Source: Octopus sinensis
Lineage: Eukaryota
DNA: 64,000 nucleotides
Direction: 5' to 3'
Assembly: GCF_006345805.1 (NCBI RefSeq)
Contig: NC_042998.1
Coordinates: 40,300,001-40,364,000, forward strand
In this document: one piece after another, positions 1-12,708 of the stretch
How positions within the stretch are numbered: position 1 is the stretch's first letter
How the letters are laid out: each line of letters opens with the position of its first letter
Program-made: the position numbers and the translations under genes
The notes under the pieces: generated by a model
Told to the model about the DNA's origin: nothing
What the model saw: only the letters and a program-made list of their open reading frames with translations
The model's database searches: none

Positions 1-136
1 ATCAGATTTCTTGATGAAAAAAGAAAATTACTTTTGAAATTAAGACAAATATTCTTTTATTTACTCATAATTTCTTTACTACAGAACTTTTAGAATAAAT
101 GCTTTTATAAATATAATTATTTTTTCCTTATTTCAG

Positions 137-307
137 GTTCTTGGTTCACGAGGTGATATGGAACAAAGTATTCAAGATAGCACTCAACGGAAAATAGTAG
201 ATCTTAACAACATGGTGAAGAAGAATAGAGAATATGCTTTGAAGAAACTTCTAGATATGGTGTATGATATTAAACCAGAGTTACATGAAAATTTTAAATC
301 CTTGTAA
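137..307 (+). CDS. ATP6V1G: V-type proton ATPase subunit G, terminal coding exon (upstream exons outside window)
   Basis: Polypyrimidine tract + TTTCAG acceptor at 131-136, then 56 codons VLGSRGDMEQSIQDSTQRKIVDLNNMVKKNREYALKKLLDMVYDIKPELHENFKSL* (TAA 305-307). Recognisably similar to the ATP6V1G C-terminal exon (LGSRG...V.DI.PE.HEN). Absent from the ORF track. Confidence 0.93.
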   Translation, partial: VLGSRGDMEQSIQDSTQRKIVDLNNMVKKNREYALKKLLDMVYDIKPELHENFKSL

Positions 308-1700
308 AATTTGGTCTATTGTCATGCGATTTATTATATAAATTATACTGGATATTATCTTAGTTACCATATATGTTATAAAATTGGTGATAGGCTGAAA
401 TCAAAAGCCCAGACACTTAAATTGGCTAGGGCACAGAAGAATCATCATGAACATTTTCAACATTTCCATATGCTACCCATTCTTGCAAAAGATGAAGTAT
501 GCACAGTTCAATTAACCAGCAAAGTTGCATCTGTTAGAATTTGTCTGACGCAGACTGCTCTGCCAGAAATAAAGGAAAGAATGTTCTTTTTTTTTTTCCA
601 GTTCTTGACCATTATTTGTTTTTCATACTTCATTCATTTCTGGTAGTTTTAAGTCTTCACTAAAAGTGATTCTGAATGCTGTAATTTTTGTTATCCCATC
701 AGTTTGATAGGAGTGTAAATTTTCAGTTATATCAGCTATATGGGCAATTTAGAAAAAGTAAGACATTATTGGACTTACATTTGACTTGTTTCAAGAAAAT
801 TAAAAGAAAAATGAAATATATTTCACAATTTTTGTTTTTAATTCATTTTGTCTATTGTTAACTGTAATATATAATGAATCTAAACTTAACTTTCAGCTCC
901 TGCTTTAATGTGATTCTTCTGCAATAGTAGTTAGTGATTAGATCTAAATGGGCAGTTTTATGAAAATCTGTTTATCTATAAGTTTACAAACCCAGGTTTG
1001 GTTCACAAAAAGTTATGCTCTCAGCCTGTTTGTATTAGTAAACTGATTGTGAGTCTATGTTGTTTTATGGTTCTGATTGACATCTCAACAAAGTCAATTT
1101 AACCTTTCACTCATCAGCCAATAGTCTCAGTCAAGTAAACCTATAAACATATTACAGCTATGACCATTCCATCTGTTTTTGTATATCTAAGATGCTTCAT
1201 TGACCAATTTGCTCTTCTTTCTTGAGATGATACAGTGATGAATTTAGCTGCTTGCTCAAGCAGTTGCATAGAGTATTGTCTCTGGTTCAAATAGCACCAG
1301 TAATTTTAAGGAGTCATCTACTTCAGTCTTTTAGTAGTAGTTTCTGAAATAGATACCTTTTGAGTTACCACTATATTTTATGCAAAATGAGTTTGTAGCA
1401 CTTTGTTAAATTTACAAGTGTCTTTGGGTCGGTACATCACATTTGTGAAAATAATGTTTTGCTATTGAATATGGCTGGGTGGGATAATAGTTTTTTTTTT
1501 TTTTTATTATCTGTTTACTTGGATTGCATTTCATGATGGGGCACTACTTTGAAGGGGTTTAATCAAACAAATCAACCCCAGTTCTTATTTTTTTAGTCTG
1601 ATACTTATTCTGTTGGTTTCTTTTGCTGAACCATTAAGTTATGGCAACATATACAATTCAACGCCAGATGTCAAGTGGTTGGAGGACAGACACAAGTATA

Positions 1701-2950
1701 TCAGGTCATCCCATAAGTTCTGTCCAAATTTTGAATAAAGAAAACAAGTGATCAAATGTTATATTTAATTGGAATTTAATCATCAATGTACTTTCCCTGA
1801 TTATCTATGACTTCCTTCCATCTATTTACAAGCTTTTTAATCCCATCAATGTAAAACTCTTTTGGTTTCAAAACGAAGAACTCTGAAATGTCAGTTTCGA
1901 CCTCCTCCTGGCTTGCAAAAGTTATGTCCCCCAAATGATTCTGTAAACTACAAAACAAATAGTAGTCTGAAGGAGCAAGGTCAGGAGAATAAGGTGGATG
2001 AGGAATTTTTTCCCAACCAAGCTCTTTGATCTTCTGTGATGTGATCTTTGCAGTGTGGGGTCATGCATTGTCCTGATGTAAGACTCCTTCATGATTCACT
2101 AAAGCGGGTCTTTTTTTTCTTCAAAGCTTGGTTCAAACATTAATTGCTGACAGTAGACTTGAGCATTGATTGTTGCATTAGGTGGTAACAATTCAAAGTG
2201 AATTTCTCCTTTGCAATCCCACCAAGAACCTTTTTCCCCCATGAAGTTCTCTTCTCAGTTGTAGTTGAGCTTTTTCTCTTTTACCAAGCTACTGTTTACG
2301 ACGTTTACCATTTCGATAGAAGATTCATTTTTTCATCACCAGTCATAAATCTATCCAAAAAGGGTGAAATGAGTTTGTGAGAATGGAGAGAACAGCAGAT
2401 GTCAACTCGGGATTTACGATTGCTTTTGGAAAATTCATGAGGCACCCATTTTTCAAGTTTAGGAACCTTTCCAGGTTGTTGAGATGATGACGAACAATTG
2501 TATGATTTGAACCAAGCTTTATTGCCAATTCTTCAACTGGTGATGCAGGTTTTTCTTCCAAACTCAACTGGATGTCCTGTTCGATCTTCATCTTCAAGGC
2601 TGAAATCTCCACTTCTGAATTTTGCAAACTATCTTCTACAAATTCTTTCATTCAAGCATTCTTTCCCATAAACTGAGTGTATGTTTTGAGTTGCTTCAGC
2701 TGCTGAGTTTCCTTTTTTGTACTCATAAAGCATTATGTGCCTCAAATGCTCTTTGGATACTTCCATGCTACAAAGGATTTAAATCAAAGAAATTTTAATT
2801 CTATTATTCTGTAAAATAACATTTAATTAGTTTAAATGTACACAAATGCATAAAAATATTTTTTAATTCCATTAGACATTCTAAAATACTATTAAATTTC
2901 ATTCAATTTTTAAAAAGGTAAAATTGGACAGAACTTATGGAATAACCTGA
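1701..2950 (-). mobile_element. Full-length mariner (DD34D) DNA transposon with inactivated transposase
   Basis: TIRs TCAGGTCATCCCATAAGTTCTGTCCAA and rc TCAGGTTATTCCATAAGTTCTGTCCAA, flanked by TA (1699-1700, 2951-2952). Motifs WVPHEF, TGDEK, HQDNA*PH, YSPDLAPSD; 34 residues between the 2nd and 3rd Asp. In-frame TGA at 2061-2063 and a frameshift after TGDEK. Confidence 0.93.
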
Positions 2951-3059
2951 TAAAAACTAATGTATGTATGTATATATATATATACATGTTACTGTTTTAC
3001 AATATGCAGATGACATTAAACTGTAGAATAATGGATACTATATGCTGTAGATCTTTCAT

Positions 3060-3430
3060 GCAATGGATTGCTGACTGTGGACAAGTGCAACATTTTACAT
3101 TTTGGGAGGAAAGAACCTGGATGGAATTTACTGTTCCTTCCACAACACCAACTTTAAGAAGTCTACTGCTGAATGTGACCTAGGTATTGCTGTTAACAAA
3201 GATCTGTGTTGGATGAACCACATTTCTAAAATTGTCAAGAGTTGAAGGTGTCTTAACACCACTCAGTAAAACATTTTGTTTGTTGCTTACCAGCTACTAC
3301 TTAAAGTTATATATAGCTATGGTATGTCCACAGTTTGCATCTTTCTAAACATGTGTCTTGTACAGAATATCAAAGCTGTTCAGGAATGTGCAACCAGATG
3401 AATATCCTTCACCAGTCATCATATTTTAAA
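3060..3430 (+). mobile_element. Degraded CR1-like LINE reverse transcriptase fragment
   Basis: Broken frames read KCNILHFGRK...STAECDLGIAVNKDLCWMNHISKIVK...KAVQECATR, typical of CR1-clade late RT. Confidence 0.6.
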
Positions 3431-3864
3431 TGTCTTGCTGCTCTAGACATTAACACACTAAAGCTGTGGTTCTTAACCACTTTTTGGTAGTGCTCCCTTT
3501 TAAGTAGTTGTTATACCTAGCACTCACTTAAGGGATGAGTGAGCTATCACGACTAAACTAACTTAACATGGGTGATAAAAAAATTAAGAAAGACAAAAGT
3601 TGTAAATTTACTTTATACATTGCAAATTAATGACTTTCTTGTTTTATTTTAATAACCATTACTAATTTTGAGATATTTTAAATCCAGATACTCCAAATAT
3701 GTAGAGCAGTAAAGGTTGGGAAAAAAGGTGATTCATTTTATAATTTTTGTCCATTTCTCTTTTATAATAACCTGCTTGAAATAAAAGCAAGCTAAATTTG
3801 AAAAAAGTCTCTTGCATCTAGAAGCCTGATGTTTTCAGTGTAAAATAATTCTAATGCAAGCATA

Positions 3865-3988
3865 GGCCGCACGAGACATAGCTCATCATCAGGTGAGCTG
3901 CACGAGATATAGCTCATCATCATTTGGATCACACGACGCATGGTTCATCATCAGGTGGGCCGCATGATACATGACTCATCATCAGGTG
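3865..3988. repeat. 31-bp minisatellite, 4 copies
   Basis: Units start at 3865, 3896, 3927, 3958; consensus GGCCGCACGAGACATAGCTCATCATCAGGTG. Confidence 0.85.
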
Positions 3989-4299
3989 GTCTACACTACT
4001 AAAAAGTTTCCACGTAATTTTTTGTTAGATATGCCAGTCAGCAAGTCCAATAACTATTGTAAGAGTAATGTCCCTTTACTCGTAATTGATAAACAAAATC
4101 AAACTAGGTCATCCTGATTCAATGAGAAAGAGCCTTGACATGGTCATGACCTACTAAACATAGCATCCAAACTATCCTCATCAGGAGTTACGCAACAACA
4201 GCCTATTCTGGAGTATTCAGAATTAGTATTAATCCAGATGGTTTTAAGTTACCGCTATGTTCTCTTCTCAACCTGGATGTAAGACTTATGGTCTATAAG

Positions 4300-4774
4300 T
4301 AGGGGTCACCAAACTACAGCCTGTGAGATCAGTTCATCCGGCCCGCCGCCACACTGTATTTTTTGTGTAAGTACCTGCAAACGAGAGTTCATTTGCCTCT
4401 GATATGGCATCGGTGTTTGGAACAACTGTGTGTGTGTGTAAACATCAGAGTGGGTAAAAATACACCTACACGATCTAAAGTCTAAACCTGTGCCTTGTTT
4501 GCTGTGAATGCGTGAGCAAAATCTTTAGGGTTGCAAAAAATGTGACTAAGACTTACCTCTCACTGTTCTATGCGAATAATGTCTGGATGTTATGGTACCA
4601 TGGGTTATTTTGATTGACAAAATTAAGATGTAAACAACAGCCGCTTCGATTAGCCATTTCGAAACCTGCTAGAGACTGACACACGTCAATAACCACTAAA
4701 TAATCACACGTACTATGTACTGACACACACGTTTTCCATTTTATTTTTGCTGTTAACTGTTCTCACGACCCCTG
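4300..4774. mobile_element. Possible non-autonomous hAT (Charlie/Buster-like) element
   Basis: Left end TAGGGGTCACCAAACTACAGCC...CCGGCCCG and right end rc CAGGGGTCGTGAGAAC resemble hAT TIRs; no matching 8-bp TSD found. Confidence 0.4.
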
Positions 4775-5369
4775 AATATCTATGATGGGCCCCACAAACT
4801 GTTCGATGAAAATCCAGAGTTACTCGTGGTCGGGGAATTTTGAATAAAAATGCAAAGGTATATCCACTAAATAATTATACTTTCTGATTTTTTAATGCCA
4901 AAAATCTTCCTGACGACTGTCTTTGTAATCCTAACCCATTATCGTAAGAAGATATACCAACTAAGTGTATTAATCTACTCCTACTTTGAGTTACCTCCCT
5001 TGTAAACAAACCCACTTGAGTCTTGTTTATTTCATTATTATTTCATCTTTAAGATCTTGTTTTTCATGTGGATAGAGTCTTTCGATCATATTTTCTTAAT
5101 AAGTAGTTATTTTTCTATACCGACCAATTTACAATCTGGAATATCTAATTAATGCTTTTTTCCTCATTGTATAATTATTCCTAATTAGCTTTTCATTTTT
5201 ATTGTGTCTGGGGAGAATCATTTTCTTTTTGTGCCTTATAATTTAACACATTCACTGGTAACATTTCCCCTTATTCCTTATTTTTATTTTCCTAAAATTT
5301 TCGTCGCGTCTTGCAACCTTTTCAATAGTCTTGACTGTCCATTATTTACACTGCGTTCCTTTTTGTTTG

Positions 5370-5850
5370 TTTATGCGCATGTGTGTTGGTCAGTGTGTGT
5401 GTGTGTCTATGCATGCATGCATGTATATATGTATGTATATGTATGCATATGTATATATGTGTGTGCATCTGTATGTATGTATTCATGTGCTTGCATGTCC
5501 GTGTTTGGGTATTTTTTATGTATGTGTGTGTGTGAGCGTGTTTGTATATATATGCACCTCTGTCTCCTTGTGTGTGCACGTCTGTGTATTTTGCAACTAT
5601 GTACCATGTTTGTATGTGCATCTATATGTGTGGACACGTGTTTCCATATATGTCCTTGTGTGAAGTAAAGTGAGTGTGTATATATGGTCATGTGTTTCAG
5701 TCTCCATTTGCGTATGTGTGCTTGTCTGTTCATATAACCTATCCGTCTGTATGTTGATCTGTTTATTTTCATACCCATATGCTTACATACATGTGCATAT
5801 ACACATATATACCCACACACACATACATACATCTATCTACATAACAGCCC
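5370..5850. repeat. Degenerate (TG/TA/CA) compound microsatellite
   Basis: Alternating purine-pyrimidine low complexity; source of the spurious V/C/Y/M/H-rich ORFs. Confidence 0.85.
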
Positions 5851-6125
5851 ACTAACTATTTCTACTCTACCTGTGGGTATGGAGGTATGAAATCTACTAT
5901 GTATATTTCCTATTTAGTATTGGGAAAGTTTCATTTATAAGGACGTACTCCCATATTTTTCTGAGTGTTGAGTCTTCTGCATTTAATATATGAACACTTA
6001 TTTACATTGGTTTCATATGGATGGCATCTGAATTATTCTATTTCAGCAGTTTTGCAGCTTATTTGAACCACTTGCAAAACTTTGCTTCAAAGAGCCAACC
6101 TCTATGCAATCACTAAACCTGCCAG

Positions 6126-6704
6126 TAATAGCATTTAAACTGGCTGTATGCAACCCAAAATATTCTATTTGTTTTATGGTCAAACTGGCTATATTTGGCA
6201 TTATACATCCTACAATGTCATTCAAAAAATGTACAACCATAGCAGAGAAATCTTAATGTTACAAAAGAATGCCTGAGTAATTCAAAATAATATGAATAAA
6301 TAAGCATTATATTTTACTAGCAGTATCACCCGGCATTGGAATTTTTGAAAAGTAAAAATTTTGCATTATGTAGCTTGTTATTTTCTTTAAGTGAACATTT
6401 TTCTGGTTGAAATACACTGAAAAATGGCGACACAGCTGTCAAAACATCGTAAAAAATAGGGATTTTCATAGAAAAAAAAGCACCTTTTTGATGTAAATAA
6501 GTTTTGGTGTTAACAAGGTCCAATTTGAATTTTTTCTTCTATGGAAGGAAGAGCAAGCCTTCTTCTATCATACTCTCAATTTTGGTCAACTTGTGCCACA
6601 GGGTCTCGGAGGAGATAGTGTTAGTTGAAGGCTACCAAACCTGCCATACACAGACAACTTCAGCTTTATATATAGAGAGATAAAGTAATCTGAATGCTAA
6701 AGGG
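6126..6704. mobile_element. TTAA-type (piggyBac-like) MITE interrupted by a Helentron/HINE-like insertion at ~6316-6681
   Basis: MITE body up to 6315 resumes at ~6682 (GTAATCTGAATGCTAAAGGG|TTAA). The insert begins ACTAGCAGTATCACCCGGC and ends CTTCAGCTTTATATATAGAGAGAT, ends typical of DINE/Lep1-like rolling-circle elements. Confidence 0.5.
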
Positions 6705-9146
6705 TTAACTGTAAATTAAAAAATATATATGTAAAGATATACAGTTAACAATTTCATAAAGTTCTAATTTTCTTCTAATCAATGAAGAGAAAGAAATGAA
6801 AAACATTTAAACACAGTTTAATTTTTCAAATTTAATTTATAAGAAAGAAAATACAGCCAATGTTAGTGTTCAGATATGTAAATATTTCCAGAATAAATTA
6901 TTTTCTGGAAGTTTTGGTTCAAAACAAACCATTGTCAACATGATTTTAGTCTTTAGAAAGAATATCAACTTGAAATGTTCAGTGAACAGTGCAGGTAGGA
7001 ATGGGAAAGTGAGACTTGTGTAATCACAGTTAGATTCTCCCCAAAATGGAAGAACAGAATAGGGAGGCAGGAAATGTAGGGAGTGGAAAGTGAGGGATGT
7101 TGCTGCATGGTTACAACTGCTGCAGCTTGCATCTTTGCCACTGCTCTTAGACATAGCAGTCAATAGGCAACTGGATATAGAAGTTCAAGTTTCAAGGACA
7201 TCCATTTTGAGACTGAAATGTTACCTTGAACTGAGATCATTTTTCAAGTCCATTATAATTAATAGTCATATTTCTGAAAAAAAAAAAAAAAACATATATA
7301 TAAGAAACAAGAGGTCTGTGTATAGTGTGTGTGTGTGTGTGAGACAGTAAGAGAGAGAGGAAGAGAAACATAATTTCTTTTATTTTATTACTTTACATTC
7401 AAAGTAAACATAGGTTTTGTAATTTTATATATTTGCAAAATACTGAGCAATTATTTTTTGCACTAAAGAGCATATTAATTAATTTTTTTATTGAGAATAC
7501 ATTTCAAGCCTTACTCTAAAGCAATTTTAAGTGCCTAAAAAAATGTGCAGGTCTGATAAGTGAATGGTCAGAAACACATGTTATCACTGGTTGACTGACT
7601 GTTTGTATCATAAATTTTGAGTGGTATTGATTTGGCTGTTAGTGTTTGTTTAACTCTTTCAATACCAACCCAACTGAGACTGACCTGGGACTCATTTCAT
7701 CAAGCTGCATGTACCAAGGTATATCTCAGATAGAGTCATGGTCTAAATTCTATTATCCATATGAAGAATAACAAGATTTCTATAGCTAAAAGATGCATTA
7801 TAGTCTCCTGTATGAACCATTTTTGTTTAGTAGTCTTTAAAAGACACAGTAAGAAAAAAAAAAAAAGAAAAAACTTAAAAGACCCCAAATTTGCTATTAT
7901 ACCAAAAATTAATAAAAGTAGTGTATTCTTGTTAGAAATATTATAATGAAAAGGTTAATGTGAATTTAACGTAATACAGAACTTTTTAGAGTAATATTTG
8001 AAATGATAAAATTCCTATAATTATTTTATAAGTTTAATTATAAAGTCAACTTGTATACATAAAAAAATTTAATCAATAATATGTAGAACTATATCAAATC
8101 CACTGGTAATTTGCTTCTATTTTAAAAGTTTCAATAATCACCTCATCTCTAAACCATAGAAGTAAACAAAAAAGCAAATAGCTAACTATGTAGATGGCTT
8201 CTTGAATTATTTTCTAAATAATTCTATTTTGCTATGCCAATAAATGTACAACCTTGAACATTTATCTGAACATTCATTCATTACTGCTTGAGCAATCAAA
8301 ATCTACACTTTGTTGAGGTCAGAATAAGACCAAAATGTTTTCAGCTGTCTCCTATAATAAGTAGAACTTGAAAAAAGAAAAAAAATATATTAGCCATAGA
8401 CTAATATTTTGGTTTTTCTCATTGTATATTTATTTCTAACATTAAATACATGATGCATTAAAAGTTTACTTACTGAAAATGACAGATCTAAACTGTAGCT
8501 AGAGCAATGTCCCAGCCACAAGCTGGTAGAAAAGCTCTGTACCCTTCAAATATCTACTGACTAACTATAGTAATCCATCCAACCCATGTTAGCTGTTAAG
8601 TATATGAAAATGATGGTAATGATTAAATGATAACACTAATTTACCTATTGTTTTTTTTTTTGATACAGATGGTATCCCAGAATTATTTTCTAAAAAGCAA
8701 ATAGTCTAGGGGAAACTATTCAGAACATGACTAAGAAACAAAGATTTAACAATGAAGATAAATTTATTTAAGATTGGTTTTTAAAACCAATAACATCAGA
8801 CTAAAGAAGCAACATGATATCCTCTGAGCCAAATTATCTTTTTCATTGAGGTGAACCGTGCCAAATAGAGTAATCATGATAAAAGAATATTGATATCAAT
8901 GATGATGTTAGGAATGTTTTCATTGTTGAATAGCTATACTCATCCTGACCTGAGCATATCCATGATATGAATATAGATTAATGATAAGTTAGGTGGAACT
9001 CATATCAAGTTATAGTTTTTGTCTGGGATTCTATACACTGTCATAGTGTTTGTATGCATGCTGTTATACACTGTTATAAAGTAAAGTGCAGTATAATAAT
9101 TTTGGCTAGATGGTAAGTACAATTTCCCAGTAGCTGTACTTGCTGT

Positions 9147-9512
9147 ACATTCGAGCTTTGGTGTTGGAGAAGACTTTTACGGATTCCATGGACAGTGAGG
9201 CTCACCAATGGAGAAGTTCTTAAGCAGATCAGGCCGAAAATGTCGCTAGAAGCTAGGATCACCAAGCATAGATTGGCATATTTTGGTCATATTATGCGGA
9301 GAAAATCCCTGGAGAAGGACATCATGCTCGGAATGGTCAGTGGCAAGAGAGGAAGAGGCCGACCAAGAACCCACTGGCTTGACACCATCAAGAGTGATAC
9401 CGGAATGGACATAGCCAATCTGAAAGAAGTGGCCCAGGATAGAACTGACTGGAGGACACTGATCCATCGAGTAACCGAGAGTCGACTTCGACTGAGCGGA
9501 TAGATAGATAGT
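9147..9512 (+). mobile_element. 5'-truncated RTE (BovB-like) LINE, ORF2 C-terminus
   Basis: FELWCWRRLLRIPWTVRLTNGEVL...YFGHIMRRKSLEKDIMLGMVSGKRGRGRPRTHWLD...AQDRTDWRTLIHRVTESRLRLSG*, then a (GATA)n tail. Confidence 0.9.
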
Positions 9513-9879
9513 ACTTGCTGTCTAACCAAACCTAAAGAATTGAAAGTAATCATTGCAATAGAAGTAGGCTAGGTAGACTTAGTTAATGATTATTTCATTA
9601 CCTTGGCATTTATGATAATGGACTGGCAATCAAACCATAGCTTTTATGCTTTGAGGTGATGTCAGTAATGACGTGGCGTGTTTTGTACTTATATATCTAT
9701 CTAAATGCTTTAAGAGAGAGTAAATGTGGAAGTGTTGACATAATTTTCTGGAGTGTTGTATTTTTTGTCTGTGCATGTGGTTGCCAAGAATTACACTTCT
9801 CATACACAGTAAGAGTGGAAATAGTTTTCAATGAAGAAGACTAAAGCCAAACAGAAACATGTGATTTGAATATAAAGTT

Positions 9880-10104
9880 TACTCCTCTAGCACTTAAACT
9901 GGTCATGTCAAGGCCCAAATATTCTACTACTTTTATATCAAAACTGACAAGATCCAACCTTTCACACCTACCTTAAAATGTTATTATAAAAATAAATAAT
10001 CACATTTTAAAAATCTTGAAGTTATGAGATAATGCATGATTAAGTCAAAACAATGTGAACAAATAAGCATTACATTTGACAGAGTAATCTGAATGCTAAA
10101 GATG
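9880..10104. mobile_element. TTAA-type MITE copy (orientation A)
   Basis: Same ~220-bp body as 14792-14982 and 27052-27266; ends GTAATCTGAATGCTAAAG. Confidence 0.7.
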
Positions 10105-10149
10105 TAAAGTTATGATCCTTAATCTTTACAGTTGTCCTGCATATAAACT

Positions 10150-10563
10150 ATATTGGTTTAAAATTTTGGCATAAGGCCACCAATTTCAGGGGAACGGGTA
10201 AATTGATTACATTGACACTTGTTTCATCAACCCTGAATGGGATGAAAGGTAAAGTCAAGCTTGACAAAATTTGAACTCAAAATGTAAAGATGGATAAAAT
10301 GCTGCTAAGTATTTTGCCCAGCATGCTAATGATTCTTATTTCTTTATTGCCCACAAGGGGCTAAACATAAAGGGGACAAGAACAGACAAAGGGATTAAGT
10401 CGATTACATCGACCCCAGTGCGTAACTGGTACTTGATTTATCAACCCCGAAAGGATGAAAGGTAAAGTCGGCCTCAGTGGAATTTGAACTCAGAACGTAA
10501 CGGCAGATGAAACATAGCTAAGCGTTTCACCCGGTGTGCTAACGATTCTGCCAGCTCGTTACC
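10150..10563 (-). mobile_element. Two tandem tRNA-derived Nin/Deu-domain SINE copies just downstream of the AGPAT stop
   Basis: The 10334-10563 copy reads CGAGCTGGCAGAATCGTTAGC...GAGTTCAAATTCC (A/B boxes)...CCTTTCATCCTTTCGGGGTTGATAAATCAAGTACCAG...CTGGGGTCGATGTAATCG, with an A-rich tail; a more degraded copy occupies 10150-10333. Confidence 0.75.
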
Positions 10564-10664
10564 ACTGCATACAAACTACCTTGTTAGTTATTCTAATTTT
10601 GTTCTGTATGTGATGAAAAGAGTGTTATGTGTGTTCTAACCTGTAAAGTAACAATAATACCTAC

Positions 10665-11149
10665 TCATTTTTCTGCTTCTTTGAAAGAATTTGCTTTTAC
10701 AAGTTCCTGTGCTTCTTTAACTGTCTTTGCCACAATTTTCTGAGCTAATTCTTCTGTATTTTCAGTTTGTTTACTTTTATTTATTTTCCCCATGGTAACA
10801 TGTGCATCAGCAACTGTTGCTTCTCTAATTCTGTCAGCATGTAGTTTCTGTTCTTCCTTTGTGCTAACATCTGGACTGATTGTTTCTACATTAGTCTCAG
10901 CAGACTCTTCTTCAATCCTTTCTAAGACTCCTAATCCTCCAGAATCAGTCAGTGAACTTGGTGACACTGATAAGGGTCGTTTCTCCTTTGAAGTATTTGA
11001 ACTGCCGAAAACAATAGGTGAAACTTCATGGGAAGTTTTGTAATAGACATTCTCCATCTGAATTTGGATTTTTTCACATAAATCATTGACATCTGTTGAT
11101 TTCAGACCAGTTGTTGGGGTCGGAGGTAGGATAGTAATGATAAATTTAC
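10665..11149 (-). CDS. AGPAT1/2: AGPAT1/2-like, terminal coding exon with long C-terminal extension
   Basis: Acceptor AG at 11151-11150; phase 1 matches exon 5. Encodes (G)KFIITILPPTPTTGLKSTDVNDLCEKIQIQMENVYYKTS (typical AGPAT C-terminal region), then ~100 extra residues to TGA at 10667-10665. Confidence 0.9.
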
Positions 11150-12285
11150 CTATAGTTAACAAAAGGAAGAAAATAAAAAGAGAAGAATGAAAATAACACA
11201 TTGAATTTGCCCATATATTTTCAAAATGAAGGGAATATTTAAAACAGTGTGTTTCAAAAGCATGAAATATTTCAAACTATATTAGACAACCAGTATTCTC
11301 TGCCATGTTACTAGATTAAAGCTAGAGAGAGAGGGATAATAAGAAACACAAGTACAAATAAAAGAAAAAGTAGAATAGATCCCACATTAACTAAAATATT
11401 TATGTTGTCAAAGGTTAGAGTGCATCTAATTTTCTTTTATGAAGAAAGCAAAAGCTAGAATATATTCTGATTATAAAAAAAAAAAAAAAAGAAAAAAACC
11501 CCATTCCAGTTAAACTTCAAACATCTATTGAAGCTTTTTATTTTCTCTCATATTACAATGCAACAAAACTCACTAATTAAGAAATTAATACAAATATTCT
11601 TCAAAACCTCCATGCTTCCTAAAATCCGCCTACAGTACACTTGATGCCCCTTACTCCATTTTTTTTAAAAGACTTATTTACTGTTCACTTCCTGTGTATA
11701 TTCTAAGTACTGTTCATGCAGGTTTGGTCATTTTTTTTTTGATGAGTTGTAGTTCATTGTATACAAAAAGTCCATTATATAATATATATAAACTATTGCA
11801 TCAGCTATTTGTTATCATAGTTGAAGTAAACTCTAATACTTGATAGTATATTTTATTACTTTCTTATCATTGTCTTTCGGGAGAAGATTAAGTTCCATTG
11901 TAGCCAGATTTGACATGACATCAGTTATATAACCATACTAGAAGATTTTCTTGCTGCTTTCTCCAAATGAGCTGAAAGCCTATAGTTTGTATGAAAATGT
12001 CAGACATTTTCAAGAGCATAAATGAGATAAGTGAAGTGAAATGGCTAAATCTGACAATACAAACTAAATTTCAAATTCATGCCTACTTATGACATTTATT
12101 TGTATTACTACTAGCAGCAAATCTTTGTTAACCAGTAAAATGCTGAGCAAATATAAAATTTAAGTAGTTTACACAAATGAAACAAGGATTTTTTATGACA
12201 AGCCTATGAAAGAATGCTCAATAATTATGAAGCAACTCTAAGCTAAAAATCATTTCAATTTTGAAAAAACTCAAAGTATAATTAC

Positions 12286-12358
12286 CAGGCTCCAATTTTT
12301 TTTCGCTTTTGCTATAAAATGGTTGAAATGACGAAAAGATAACTGGTACGATTGGAAC
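12286..12358 (-). CDS. AGPAT1/2: AGPAT1/2-like, exon 5 equivalent
   Basis: ttttattttcAG acceptor, GTAATT donor, 73 nt (same as human AGPAT2 exon 5). VPIVPVIFSSFQPFYSKSEKKLEP(G), with motif IV (IVPV). Absent from the ORF track. Confidence 0.94.
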
Positions 12359-12708
12359 CTGAAAATAAAAGTCATCCATAAGTTAACTCCTTCAACTTTT
12401 TAACAATTAATTATGGAACAAAAGGATCTGTCTTTAAAAACTAAATTCTTTCTTGGATCATTTAAATCTTGTTACCATATGCTGCAAAACCCAATAAGTA
12501 CAGCAACAGGTACCAATACCTTGTGTCAGCTTTGGTATGGTTTCTGCAGCTGGAACCCTTCCTGATGCCAACCACTTTACAGTGTGTATTAGATACTTTT
12601 CATTTTATTCTTTTATTTATTTCTATCATTTGACTGTGGCCATGCTGGAGCACTACCTTGAAGGATTTTAGTCAAACAAATCAACCCCAGGACTTATACA
12701 GCTATGGT

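Noticed and set aside
311-646. 111-aa ORF just after the ATP6V1G stop
   Set aside because: Non-ATG start, no recognisable homology, lies in the presumptive 3' UTR.
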